A stretch of DNA of 64,000 nt from an uncultured Planctomycetaceae bacterium. Lineage in GTDB: Bacteria; Planctomycetota; Planctomycetia; Planctomycetales; Planctomycetaceae. The notes below the pieces were generated by a model. That model worked only from the letters and a program-made list of their open reading frames with translations, had not been told where the DNA came from and did not search any database. Below are positions 1-9,431 of the stretch, piece after piece. Made by a program: the position numbers and the translations under genes. The DNA is taken from the NCBI GenBank assembly GCA_963815195.1, contig CAWFGE010000018.1, positions 32,001-96,000 of the forward strand, given 5' to 3'. Numbering within the stretch: position 1 is the first letter of the stretch; each line of letters begins with the position of its first letter.

Positions 1-721
1 CTTCTCTCCAAAACACTTCGCCCGCATAAAGGCCCGAAACTTGGCGCCGGGGAATCTTCAAATTTTTCTTGGCCAGGAACGTCAAGACTTTTTGAATCGT
101 GCCCAACTCCACGAACTTGTCGAACACCAAATGCAATCGCTTTTGAATGCTCAGATCGGGATCGAGCATCACCGTCTTGTCCAGATTGCGGACCAAGCCC
201 GTCGGCAAGTTTTGCACCAACTCGCCCCGCGCGGCCTTCGACAATCGACCCGCGTCCAATCGCAATCGGAGGCTATGGAGCTCTGCCGAAGACATCGTGC
301 CCTTCAAGCCTAAGAGGAGCCTGTCGTTGAAATCCCGTGGATGATACAACCCATCCACATCACCGATGAGTGTGTCAAAGATCGCACACAATTCCAACAG
401 TCGATGCCAATCCACATCGTTGCGGGAAAGCCGTGAAACTTCATAGCCCAGAATGATGCCAACCTTACCCAAGCCGACGTCGGCGACCATCTGTTGAAAG
501 GCCCCGCGTCCCGCCGTTTGCGTGGCCGATTGCCCTTGATCATCCTCCAGGATGCTGACTTGTTCCGGCTTCCACCCCAACTCCAACAACCGGGTTTTCA
601 AGGCTCGCTGGTTGTGGGCACTCTCTTGGTTTTTCTCGACCTGCTTCGTCGTGCTCTGACGAAGATATACGATCCCGCGGCGATTCAAATGGCTGGTGCT
701 GACTTTCATCGATCCGTTCAT
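1..721 (-). CDS. Large serine recombinase (recombinase family protein), N-terminal part; runs off the window
   Basis: Not in the ORF track. Manual translation from the ATG at 721 gives MNGSMKVSTSHLNRRGIVYLRQSTTKQV...EDDQGQSA...GRGAFQQMV...EVSRLSRN...NDRLLLGLKGTMSSAEL, with the resolvase catalytic YxRxS motif and SRLSR motif. Confidence 0.9.
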   Translation of the reverse strand, partial: MNGSMKVSTSHLNRRGIVYLRQSTTKQVEKNQESAHNQRALKTRLLELGWKPEQVSILEDDQGQSATQTAGRGAFQQMVADVGLGKVGIILGYEVSRLSRNDVDWHRLLELCAIFDTLIGDVDGLYHPRDFNDRLLLGLKGTMSSAELHSLRLRLDAGRLSKAARGELVQNLPTGLVRNLDKTVMLDPDLSIQKRLHLVFDKFVELGTIQKVLTFLAKKNLKIPRRQVSGLYAGEVFWRE

Positions 722-824
722 GCTCCAGTTCCTCCGTTAGAATGACGACGATTTGCTGGATGATCCGCTGCTGCTCTGGAAGAGTCAGACGGTTCCACAC
801 CTGGTCCGTGGCAATGGGTGACAT
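540..824 (-). CDS. Possible second small accessory ORF upstream of the recombinase
   Basis: The WNRLTLPEQQRIIQQIVVIL helix resembles small ORFs found before such recombinases. The ORF overlaps the recombinase start heavily. Confidence 0.3.
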   Translation of the reverse strand: MSPIATDQVWNRLTLPEQQRIIQQIVVILTEELEHERIDESQHQPFESPRDRISSSEHDEAGREKPRECPQPASLENPVVGVGVEAGTSQHPGG

Positions 825-1117
825 CGGCTTCCCTCCGAGAAAGAATATCCCGAAAGGTAGTCACCAAATCCTGGAGCGCGTCCAGGGTCAGACAGGAAGT
901 TTTTTGGGGAGGAGCGGTGGAAAGGTTCGTGCTGCTGACGTCGATGTAGGTCATCTCGTCAGGAAAAATCTCGACTTGATAATACTGACGATAACCTGGC
1001 AGGCGGGCTAAGCCGAACAAATCAAATGTTCGGCCATAAAGCGGATGGGCCGGATCGGTGACGGTGATCTCACCGCGCGATAACTGAGTGACCAGAGGGG
1101 TCTTGTGATGGTCGGAC
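718..1117 (-). CDS. Small accessory ORF of the recombinase element (DUF5372/Y4bD-like)
   Basis: Frame 718..1020 stays open up to the element junction (...GEITVTDPAHPLYGRTFDLFGL...). Its TGA overlaps the recombinase ATG (ATGA coupling, preceded by GGAG). Confidence 0.55.
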
Positions 1118-1450
1118 CTTCCCAGTTCCGGGCGGACCGAGCAGCAAAATGTCGGCGGCTTCGCGAATAAACTTCCCCGTCGCCAGGTCCATGATTCGGC
1201 GTTTGGGGAGAGTGGGGTTGAAGGAAAAATCGAGTTGGTCGAGGGTCTTCATCTCGCGGAACTGGGCCAGCTTCAATCGCCGATCGATCGCCCGTTGGCG
1301 ACGGATTGCCAACTCATCGCTTAACACCAGTTCCAAGAACTCGGCATGCGACAAGCCGTTGCCGATGGCTTCTTGCAGCCTGACTTCCAAGGATTCGATC
1401 AGGCCGCTCAAGCGGAGTTGCTTCAGCATCTGCATTAAATTTCCATTCAT
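1118..1450 (-). pseudogene. istB: IS21 helper ATPase IstB, truncated at Walker A
   Basis: MLKQLRLSG...RRLKLAQF..KTLDQLDFSFNP...LLLGPPGTGK, followed by unrelated sequence and a stop at 1070. Confidence 0.9.
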
Positions 1451-3030
1451 CGGTTTTGCTCCTTTCGAAGAGCGGCTTTGACAAACTCGGAATAACTCAC
1501 CAGCGGCCGAATGACCGGGTGTTCGTCTAAAAACTCAAACTGGGCTTGCACGGGGGCGTTGCGGTCGATCAGCTTGCGAACGGTCCTCAGTCGGTAGGCT
1601 CCATACGAGTGGGCGGTGCGGCACGCGCGTTCGATGTCCTCGCGCGAATGCTTGTCGGCCAGTTGCTTGAGGCCCATCAACACCCGCACGCCCTCAATGC
1701 CGCGTGCTCCCAGCATGGCCGCGGACCAATCCCTGGTTTCCGGGCCGATTTCGCTGACTTTCGCCAGCCACCAGGTGGCTCCGCGTTCCACGCCGGAGAT
1801 TTTCCTCGCGTGCAAATGGGTGTTCTGCGTGCTGAACTTTCCCGGTTCTTGACGGGCATGCAAGGCGATCTGTTCCAGCTTGGCATTGAAGATGCGCACC
1901 AGCCGCGCATCCCAGCGCACCCAGACTTTCCTTCCCAGAAATTCCGGCGGCACGGAGTAATACGCCTTGTCCACGGAAATGTGCCCATCGCGATGCACGC
2001 TCCGCAGGGCTTCATGGAAAAACGGAAATCGTTCCAACGGCAACGGCAACGGAAACAGTGCTGACCGTTCCCGTTCGCGAAACGCCTTGCCCACTTGCTC
2101 TCTGGTCGTTCCATGAATCCGCGTATCGGCCACGGTGGATTCCCAGGCCCACAAGTGTTCGTTCTGTTCGCGCAGGCTTCGGAACGTCCGCCCTTTGAGT
2201 GCGTTTTCTTGGGCGTAGTCCACGCCGCGTTCGACCTTGCCTTTGTGTCGGGGCGTGCGAACCCGCGTGGGCAAAAACACCGTGCCGTAGTGCGCGGCGA
2301 ACGATTGAATCTTGGGGTTCAGTTCCGGGTCGAACCAATCCGCCTTGCTCACGGCGGCGCGCAAGTTATCGATGATCAGAGTCTTGGGCACACCTCCAAA
2401 ATGCCAGAACGCACTCTCCAGACACCGAATGAAGTTGTCGGTGGTCTGGCGATCGATCGCTTCCGTGTAGCCTTTACGGCTGTGGCTCAGCACGACCCGC
2501 AACACGTGTGGCCGGCGACGACGGCCGTTCTCATCCACGACGGCCGCGGCTTGGCCAAAGTCCACTTGAGCTTCCGCGCCGGGTGCGCATTCCAATCGAC
2601 GAAACGGCAACTCCTTCGAAGACCGCAACTGCCGCACGAAGCGTTTCACGCTGTCGTCACCATGGGGAAAATCATGGTCATTCGACAGGTCCTGGAAAAT
2701 TCGCTGCGCGGAAAGTCCCTGGCCGAGCTTTTCTAAAATGACATCCCGCCAAGGCTCGCAGCGGCTCCGCGAAAGTTCCGACTCGTCCTTCTCAGAATCG
2801 TCTTCAAGGGCCTCACGAAGGTCCTCCGACCCGGCGGGCAGTTGGCCCTCGGACCCGGTGGGCACTTTGGCCTCGGACCCGGTGGGCACTTTGGCCGGTT
2901 TTGAAGCGAGATGGGCGGCCACCGTTGAACGGTGAATGCCCAATTCGCGGGCAATCTTGCGCAAAGACCAGCCTTGAGCGCGCAAAGTGTGAATGGCTTG
3001 AACCGTGTCCATCGAGAGCTGATTCGACAT
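1447..3030 (-). CDS. istA: IS21 family transposase IstA
   Basis: N-terminal HTH (SLRKIARELGIHRSTV), AQVDFG, FGGVPKTLIIDN, KGKVERGV, RIHGTT, YYSVP. Overlaps the istB start. Confidence 0.95.
   Translation of the reverse strand: MSNQLSMDTVQAIHTLRAQGWSLRKIARELGIHRSTVAAHLASKPAKVPTGSEAKVPTGSEGQLPAGSEDLREALEDDSEKDESELSRSRCEPWRDVILEKLGQGLSAQRIFQDLSNDHDFPHGDDSVKRFVRQLRSSKELPFRRLECAPGAEAQVDFGQAAAVVDENGRRRRPHVLRVVLSHSRKGYTEAIDRQTTDNFIRCLESAFWHFGGVPKTLIIDNLRAAVSKADWFDPELNPKIQSFAAHYGTVFLPTRVRTPRHKGKVERGVDYAQENALKGRTFRSLREQNEHLWAWESTVADTRIHGTTREQVGKAFRERERSALFPLPLPLERFPFFHEALRSVHRDGHISVDKAYYSVPPEFLGRKVWVRWDARLVRIFNAKLEQIALHARQEPGKFSTQNTHLHARKISGVERGATWWLAKVSEIGPETRDWSAAMLGARGIEGVRVLMGLKQLADKHSREDIERACRTAHSYGAYRLRTVRKLIDRNAPVQAQFEFLDEHPVIRPLVSYSEFVKAALRKEQNR
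2848..2895. repeat. 24-bp tandem duplication in istA (AKVPTGSE x2, plus a degenerate third copy)
   Basis: ctcggacccggtgggcactttggc occurs twice in direct succession. Confidence 0.9.
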
Positions 3031-3144
3031 CGCTTGTTTTCCTCTGAGAAAACTCAAAGGAGAACAAAATGTCGAATCCCTTTCCTCTCAAAATGGCCGG
3101 TTTTGAACTGCCCACAAGTGGCCGGTTTTCACTGCCCGGTGACA

Positions 3145-3903
3145 GCGGCGATCGTCGACTATTTTGACCAGCATCCCTTGGAAGGCTATCGCCGGCTGAC
3201 GTTCATGATGCTCGATGATGACATCGTCGCCACAAGCCCGGCGACGGTGTATCGCGTGCTCAAAGCGAACCGGCGATTGGACCGCAGGAAGTTCTCGCCG
3301 TCCAAGAAAGGCACAGGCTTCGTGCAGCCCTTAAAACCCCACGAACACTGGCACATCGACGTGTCTTACATCAACGTGGAAGGCACGTTTTACTACCTGA
3401 CCAGCGTCTTGGATGGCTGCAGCCGGGCCATTTTGCACTGGGACCTCAAGGAGTCGATGACCGAACAGGACGTGGAAGTTATTCTGCAAAAAGCGATCGA
3501 GACCTACCCCGGCGAATCGCCGCGGATCATCTCGGACAACGGGCCGCAGTTCATCGCGCGGGACTTCAAAGAGTTCATCCGCCTCGTGGGCGCCACACAC
3601 GTGCGGACCAGTCCGTACTATCCCCAATCGAACGGCAAGATCGAACGTTGGCACGGAAGTTTGAAGTCCGAATGTATCCGGCCGAGTTGTCCGGCCAACG
3701 TCGAGGAAGCCCGGCGAAAGATTCAAAGCTATGTGGATCATTACAATAATGTGCGGCTGCATTCGGCCATCGGCTATGTGACGCCCGCCGATAAACTGGC
3801 GGGCATCGAACAGGAGATCTTCACCGAACGCGACCGCAAGTTGGAAACCGCCCGAACGCGCCGTCAGGCCGCCCGGCAATTCGCGCGACAGGAGGTTGCT
3901 TGA
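3145..3903 (+). pseudogene. IS3 family transposase (rve integrase), 5' part separated by the IS21 insertion
   Basis: GYRRLT, WHIDVSY, IISDNGPQF, SNGKIERWHGSLKSE, YNNVRLHSAIGYVTP. The ORF-track N-terminus (2932-3144) is IS21 end sequence. Confidence 0.9.
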
Positions 3904-4167
3904 TGACAAGCCGCATGGCACAATCGAATGCGACCTGGGCGGAGGATACGGCTCTGCTGAGGAGCACCCGGAGCGCCGCCCCAGGGGCCAAGACCGGAGG
4001 CGGGATCAAGCCCCTTCCCTTGATCCCGCCCGTTTCGAAAACCCTCCGGGATTGGCACCAAAGCGAAAAACCTTCGCGGCAGGATGCCGCGAAATCCGCG
4101 ACAGGAGGTCACCTTCCACTGACTAACACCAACACGCCCAAATTCCACTTACCGCTGAACCAGGACA
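3145..4167 (+). mobile_element. Right part of an IS3 family element, probable IRR ending ...CCGCTGAACCAGGACA
   Basis: Ends in CA at 4166-4167 downstream of the transposase. The matching IRL is not in the window. Confidence 0.55.
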
Positions 4168-4218
4168 GAATGATCGCGCTCTCTGGTACTGCGTAAAACC
4201 AAAAACGTGTGGTTGAAC

Positions 4219-4381
4219 AAATCAGTCGCAGAGCGCTAGCCCCGGTTTTTCTGGCTGATCCAGCTTCTGGGCATTTACAATGCACTCGTGGATTGTCAAT
4301 CCTAAAAAGTGGGCTCGGGTGCAACGTGCTAACATCCACTTCGCCCACGAAAACCGGGGCTAGCGCCCTGCGGCTAATTTT
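4219..4381. repeat. REP/REPIN-like inverted pair, family A (AAATCAGYCGCAGRGCGCTAGCCCCGGTT)
   Basis: Arm 4219-4250 and its reverse complement at 4350-4381. The same unit recurs, interrupted, at 53474-53495/55563-55641. Confidence 0.85.
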
Positions 4382-4509
4382 TGGGTCTGCGAAACCGTTC
4401 ACGAAAAAAAACCGCAAAGGAAGCTCTTGCCGGACCGGGCGGGGGCCGATAGGATTTTGGAGGCCCGGCGCCGCGTTGATGGGCTTTGAATATCGGCGCA
4501 CCACTCTCT

Positions 4510-5613
4510 ATGGCGAATGAAAAACTTCGGCGGCAGATCGTGTTCGAAGCCGCCCGCTTGATGTACCATCGCTACGAAACCGAGTATTACCGGGCCAAGA
4601 TGAAGGCGGCCCGCAAAGTCTGCCAAGGTTGGGTCAAGCCGTCCGACCTCCCCAGCAACCGGGAAATCCGCGCGGAGATTCAGCGGTTCGCCTACCTGCA
4701 CGAAGGCGACTCCCGCCACGACAATCTGCAGGACATGCGGATCGAAGCCCTGCGGATGCTCCGGCTGCTCCAATCGTTCAAGCCCCGGCTCATCGGCAGC
4801 ACGCTCACCGGGCACATCCGGCAGGGGTCGGACATCGACATCCACGTGTTCTCCAGCAGCGTGGAAGCCGTCACCGGCGTGCTCGATTACGAGGGTATGG
4901 TTTACGATGTCGAGCACAAGCGCGTGCGAAAGCACGGCGAAGAGCGGCTCTTCACGCACATCCACATCCAAGACCGTTTTCCCATCGAACTCACGCTCTA
5001 CCCTCCCGATAAAGCCCATTACGTTTTCAAAAGTTCGATCACCGGCAAAGGCATCGAGCGGGCGTCCCTCGCCGAGTTCGAAAGCCTGTTGCAGCAGGAA
5101 TATCCCGCCCTGTCGCTCGATGAGGCCTTGATCGAAGCCGAGAGCAAGATCGACCGGTTTCAAGTCTATCGTTCGCTGCTGCTGCCTTTGGAGGGGGTGA
5201 AACAGCCTCGGAAATATCACCCCGAAGGCGATGCGCTCTATCACAGTCTGCAAGTGTTCGATCTCGCCCGCGATGAGCTGCCTTATGACGAGGAGTTTCT
5301 GCTCGCGGCGCTCCTCCATGATGTAGGCAAGGCAATTGATCCCGCCGACCATGTCAAGGCCGCGCTCGAATCGCTTGAAGGCTTTTGCACCGAGCGGACA
5401 CTGTGGCTGATCGAGCATCACATGGAGGCCCACGCGATTAACGAGGGCACCATCGGAGCCCGCGCCCGCCGGCGGCTCCATCAGAACGAGAACTTTGAGG
5501 AACTGCTCCTGCTCGGCGAGTGCGATCGCGCCGGGCGCGTGGCCGGGGTGGACGTGCCCGACGTGGACGAAGCCCTCGACGATCTCCGCGAGTTGTCGCG
5601 GTTGTGCGGCTGA
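4510..5613 (+). CDS. Nucleotidyltransferase (pol-beta type) + HD domain protein
   Basis: GSTLTG...SDIDIHVF NTase motif. The YHPEGD...HSLQV...LLHDVGK HD domain resembles the HD module of CCA-adding enzymes. Confidence 0.8.
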   Translation: MANEKLRRQIVFEAARLMYHRYETEYYRAKMKAARKVCQGWVKPSDLPSNREIRAEIQRFAYLHEGDSRHDNLQDMRIEALRMLRLLQSFKPRLIGSTLTGHIRQGSDIDIHVFSSSVEAVTGVLDYEGMVYDVEHKRVRKHGEERLFTHIHIQDRFPIELTLYPPDKAHYVFKSSITGKGIERASLAEFESLLQQEYPALSLDEALIEAESKIDRFQVYRSLLLPLEGVKQPRKYHPEGDALYHSLQVFDLARDELPYDEEFLLAALLHDVGKAIDPADHVKAALESLEGFCTERTLWLIEHHMEAHAINEGTIGARARRRLHQNENFEELLLLGECDRAGRVAGVDVPDVDEALDDLRELSRLCG

Positions 5614-5794
5614 AAACGGTTCTGCCCATCGAATCGTTTGCGCAATCGCCGTCGGATGCTGGCAGTGAAGGGGCGCGCGGCCGCGGGAGTTTCTGAGTTT
5701 TTCGATCGAATCTGTCGGCCCGTCCGCGCTCCTGCCCATGTACGTGTTAGGTTTGATTGAGAGACTTCCGCACGTTCCATGAAGGAATTCTAAG

Positions 5795-6565
5795 ATGATT
5801 CGAATCAGCGGCCTGGTGGCGGGATTGGTTTTGCTTGTGGTGATGTCGCAATGCGTCTCGCCCGCCTCGGCTTGGGACCACGATGACGACGACGGCTTTT
5901 CCCGGGGAGGCTTCAAACACAATCGTCATTCAGGGTTTTTCGGTGTCGGCGGCCGGCGGTCCGGATTTGGTCCGGGGATCCTGCTTCCCGGCGCATTGGG
6001 CGGGCGGAATTATTATTCCCGAGGATTTGCCGGCCCGCAGCCAGTGCTCATTCAGCAACAGCCAGTGCTGATTCAGCAACAGCCGGCTCAGTTCCCGCAG
6101 CAGCCGATTGTTCCTCCGCCGTTGCCTCCCTCGGCCTTTCAGCAAAACACTCAAGCGTATCCGCCCGCACCGGCGTATCCGTCCAATCCCACTTATCCGC
6201 CCGCTCCGTCGTATCCGCCCCAATCCAATCTACTGACCCCGCCCCAACCGAGCCCGCCGCCGGCGCCGGTTCCTCAAGGACAGCCGGGCCAATTCGTGCC
6301 CGAGGCCGTGCCTTTGTATCCGTACGTGCAAGTCAAAGATGCGAACAAGGTGCCGGCGTTTGCAGTTCAGAGGATTCTCGCCGTCGCGAGTCCCGACCCG
6401 TTGCGGTTTCCGGGGTGCGTCTACGTGCCAGTTTCCGTGCCGCCGACGCCCTGCCAAGGCGTCAAAGTCAAAGACGGCGGCGCGAAGACCGTGCTGAACT
6501 ACGGCGAGTTCGAGGTCGAAGTCACGTCCAACCGGGGCGTGGTGACTGTTGACTACGACGATTGA
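5795..6565 (+). CDS. Secreted proline/glutamine-rich hypothetical protein
   Basis: Signal peptide ending ASA, PxYP repeats and a small globular C-terminal domain. Confidence 0.7.
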   Translation: MIRISGLVAGLVLLVVMSQCVSPASAWDHDDDDGFSRGGFKHNRHSGFFGVGGRRSGFGPGILLPGALGGRNYYSRGFAGPQPVLIQQQPVLIQQQPAQFPQQPIVPPPLPPSAFQQNTQAYPPAPAYPSNPTYPPAPSYPPQSNLLTPPQPSPPPAPVPQGQPGQFVPEAVPLYPYVQVKDANKVPAFAVQRILAVASPDPLRFPGCVYVPVSVPPTPCQGVKVKDGGAKTVLNYGEFEVEVTSNRGVVTVDYDD

Positions 6566-6602
6566 GAGACTTCGCAAATAGGAGCGGCAGGGCGCGCACT
6601 TT

Positions 6603-9431
6603 CTACTCACGGCCCTTGGCGGCCGGTTTGCGGAGAAATCTTGCCTCGGCGAGGCGGAATTCGCGCATCACGTGTTCGGGGTCGGCGGTGCCCGCCGCGA
6701 AAGTGACCTTGGTGAGTTTGGTGTTGGGATAGATCTCCAGCTTGCGAAGATCGATCCAATACCCGCGAAGCTCCTCGGTCGGCAGCAGCGGGAGGATGGT
6801 CTCCTTGATGTGATCCTCGCCGTCGATGTCGCAATGGAACGTCACCGAGATATTGTGGAAGTCGCGGTCCGGCCGGGTTAACGCGCACTTCACGTAGAAG
6901 TGGGAATAATCCCGCGCCCAAATCTCGAAGGGTTTGTGGTAATCGATCCAGGAAACGCCCGAAGTCACGCTCCAGCCCAAGGGGTCGGTTCCGCTGCGTT
7001 TAACATGCTCCTCGGGAAACCACCAGAGGTCGTGGCTCATTTCGAGCACGTGATCGCGGTCGCTGAAAGCCGGATGGTTTTCGGCCAACGTATTGGACGG
7101 GGCGATCGCAGCGGCCGACGGCGGCGGGGCTTTCTTGAGGTGCATCTGAATCTGCGGTGCCCGCCACACCGCGGTTTGATTCGTCTCGCCTTCGCAGCTC
7201 AATGTCAGCCGGACCGTTTGACTGGCGTATTGCTCCAGGGAAACCTCGCAGGTTTGCCACCCGCTGCTCCGGTTTTCGTCGCCGCTGGTCCACACGACTT
7301 CTGGAGGGTTGGGACCGGCCGCAATGCTCACCCGGCACGTCGCAAGCCGATCTGATTTGCGGACCATGGCCACGGCGGTGTGGAACACGGCTTTCGTGGT
7401 TTCCGCGGGAACGGCCACGTCCCAGGTGATGGCATTCGGGGCGGCCAACCGCAAGTTCAGCCGGCGGTACGTGGTGAAATCGACGGCTTCGGGACTTTGG
7501 TCCTCGATCCAAATGGTCGGGGAAGCCTGCGGGTCTTCCTGGAGGGCGACATTGTCCAATCCGAAGTCGCCTTGCAGAAGGTAAAGCCGGTTTCTGCCGA
7601 ACACAGACCAGCCGTGCTTCTCCAAAAGGGCGGCATACTTGATGTAGAACGGATGGTTCACCCGCCAGATGCGGTAAGGATAAAACGCGTAGCCGGTCGG
7701 CGCGGTCCGAAATTCGCGGAGAGCCGACATCGCCACGGGCGCGCGGGACGTGAGGAACACATCTTTCCCATCGGCGGTGCGGTTTCCCGGAGCCAGCAGT
7801 CCCGCCGTGAGCATAACCGCCGCGAGCGACATCCACTCGAACCCCTTAGGCCGATAAAAACAGGAAGGGGCGAGCCGGCCGTACCGCGCCGAGCGGCCGA
7901 GCAAGAACGCAAAGCCGAGAAACCCCATCCACACGAAGGCGTCATGCACGCTGTACCATGCCGCGATCTGGTCGCCGCCGTAACTGATCAGCCAGAACGT
8001 CCACAGCGGAAACACCAGCACCATCGTCGCCGGGGCCAGTTCTTTTCGCTCCGTCTTCCAATAGCGAACGTAGGCGAACGTCACAAACACCGCCCCGAAC
8101 ACCAGGCCGGCGAAGCCCGTCATGGTCCATAAGCGGATGGTTTTCGTCATCTCGGCCATGGTGAAGAACGGCAGCGTCAAGCTCTGGACCCACAAATGAA
8201 AGGGGAACAGGTTATGCGACATCTCCCGCTTGAGACCCACGTCCAAAACGCGGTAGAGCACGTAAGGCGAGGCCGAGAGGCCCGCCGTCAGAAACCAGCC
8301 CAAATACGTCCGCCAGCCCCGCACGCCGAGGAGCAACATGCCCACGAGATAAGTCGGCCAGCCGAACAGCCCGCTGCCGTAGGAGAACGAAGAGCACAGC
8401 CCGCACAGCAGCATCCCCGCCGTCCAGCCCCGGGGTTGCCGAACCAGAAACCAGCAGCCCGCGAGGAAGAAGGCGTCGGCGAGTTGCTGGTTCATCGCCG
8501 CGGGACCGAATTGAAAACTTTCAAAATGTCCCAGCGTGAATGTCAGGCCGGAGACGATCGCGAACAGCCAGGCTTTGCCGAAGAGGTTCCAGCCTCTCCC
8601 CAACAGGCTCACCAGAAGCAGCACCTTGACGGCTGCAAACAGAACGCCCAGCGCGATTTCGTAGTTTTGGTTCCAGTCGGTGTAGACAATGATCGGCACC
8701 CTGAGGAGCCGGGGGATGATCAGACAATGCGAGCCGCCGGTGACGAACGAATCGAACGGCAGGTCCAGCCAGTTGTAATTTCCGCTGAACATCTTGTCGA
8801 AATGCTCGATGTAATAGATGAAGTCGTATCCCAGCGTGTTCTCGCCAACTCGGGAAAGTTCAAACCCCATCCGCACGGGAAACAGGATCCCGAGGGCGAT
8901 GGCGGCGAAGATCATCGCCCCCGCGAACCAGCGCTCTGGGCGCGTCGGATGCGCGGCCAGAGGCTCGGCATCGATCGCCAACGTGGCGGCGGACAGCCAT
9001 TGCCACAACCGCGGCAGCCCGAACAGCCCCGCCGTCAACACGCCGTCCACAACAACCACCGTGCGGGGAATTGCGTGAAGGAAACTGGCGAAGACCGTTC
9101 TGTTCGCCACATAAACCAAGACGCTCGCGATCGCGCTTGCCACGGCAATCCTTCGCAGGTCGGCCGCGGATTGTTCTCCGCTCGCAAACAGGCTCGCGCC
9201 GGCGAGCGGGAAGACCAGCGATTTGATCGCGACGACAATCGGCAGCGTCATCCAGATCCAGCGTTGAACTTCGGGGGACGGATAGAAATGCGTCCGGAGC
9301 AGAAACGCCAGTCCATAACAGATGGCAAACCCCGCCGCGTGCAGGGCGAAATGCATCAAACCCGAAAGCCCCCGCGCGTCCGAAGCGGACTCGACAGGAT
9401 GAAGGATTTGGCTCGAATCGAAACTTCCCAT
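6603..9431 (-). CDS. Large polytopic membrane protein (N-terminal sugar-transferase/CapD-like TM segment, GT-C-like membrane core, soluble C-terminal region)
   Basis: 942 aa with many hydrophobic segments. The N-terminal YGLAFLLR...DLRRIAVA...IPRTVVVVD pattern resembles the TM region of polysaccharide biosynthesis proteins. Confidence 0.6.
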   Translation of the reverse strand: MGSFDSSQILHPVESASDARGLSGLMHFALHAAGFAICYGLAFLLRTHFYPSPEVQRWIWMTLPIVVAIKSLVFPLAGASLFASGEQSAADLRRIAVASAIASVLVYVANRTVFASFLHAIPRTVVVVDGVLTAGLFGLPRLWQWLSAATLAIDAEPLAAHPTRPERWFAGAMIFAAIALGILFPVRMGFELSRVGENTLGYDFIYYIEHFDKMFSGNYNWLDLPFDSFVTGGSHCLIIPRLLRVPIIVYTDWNQNYEIALGVLFAAVKVLLLVSLLGRGWNLFGKAWLFAIVSGLTFTLGHFESFQFGPAAMNQQLADAFFLAGCWFLVRQPRGWTAGMLLCGLCSSFSYGSGLFGWPTYLVGMLLLGVRGWRTYLGWFLTAGLSASPYVLYRVLDVGLKREMSHNLFPFHLWVQSLTLPFFTMAEMTKTIRLWTMTGFAGLVFGAVFVTFAYVRYWKTERKELAPATMVLVFPLWTFWLISYGGDQIAAWYSVHDAFVWMGFLGFAFLLGRSARYGRLAPSCFYRPKGFEWMSLAAVMLTAGLLAPGNRTADGKDVFLTSRAPVAMSALREFRTAPTGYAFYPYRIWRVNHPFYIKYAALLEKHGWSVFGRNRLYLLQGDFGLDNVALQEDPQASPTIWIEDQSPEAVDFTTYRRLNLRLAAPNAITWDVAVPAETTKAVFHTAVAMVRKSDRLATCRVSIAAGPNPPEVVWTSGDENRSSGWQTCEVSLEQYASQTVRLTLSCEGETNQTAVWRAPQIQMHLKKAPPPSAAAIAPSNTLAENHPAFSDRDHVLEMSHDLWWFPEEHVKRSGTDPLGWSVTSGVSWIDYHKPFEIWARDYSHFYVKCALTRPDRDFHNISVTFHCDIDGEDHIKETILPLLPTEELRGYWIDLRKLEIYPNTKLTKVTFAAGTADPEHVMREFRLAEARFLRKPAAKGRE

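Larger units (their letters stand above)
1..1117 (-). mobile_element. Large serine recombinase integrative element inserted in IS21 istB (other end outside the window)
   Basis: istB similarity ends abruptly after GGG AAG (GK, 1118-1123). The accessory ORF and recombinase follow. Confidence 0.75.
1118..3144 (-). mobile_element. IS21 family insertion sequence (left end at 3144)
   Basis: On the minus strand the end reads TGTCACCGGGCAGTGAAAACCGGCCACTTGTGGGCAGTTCAAAACCGGCCA: a TGT terminus plus tandem transposase-binding repeats typical of IS21. Confidence 0.85.

Noticed and set aside
2932..3144. N-terminal extension of the 323-aa IS3 ORF
   Set aside because: It is read-through of the IS21 end and antisense istA, not IS3 sequence.
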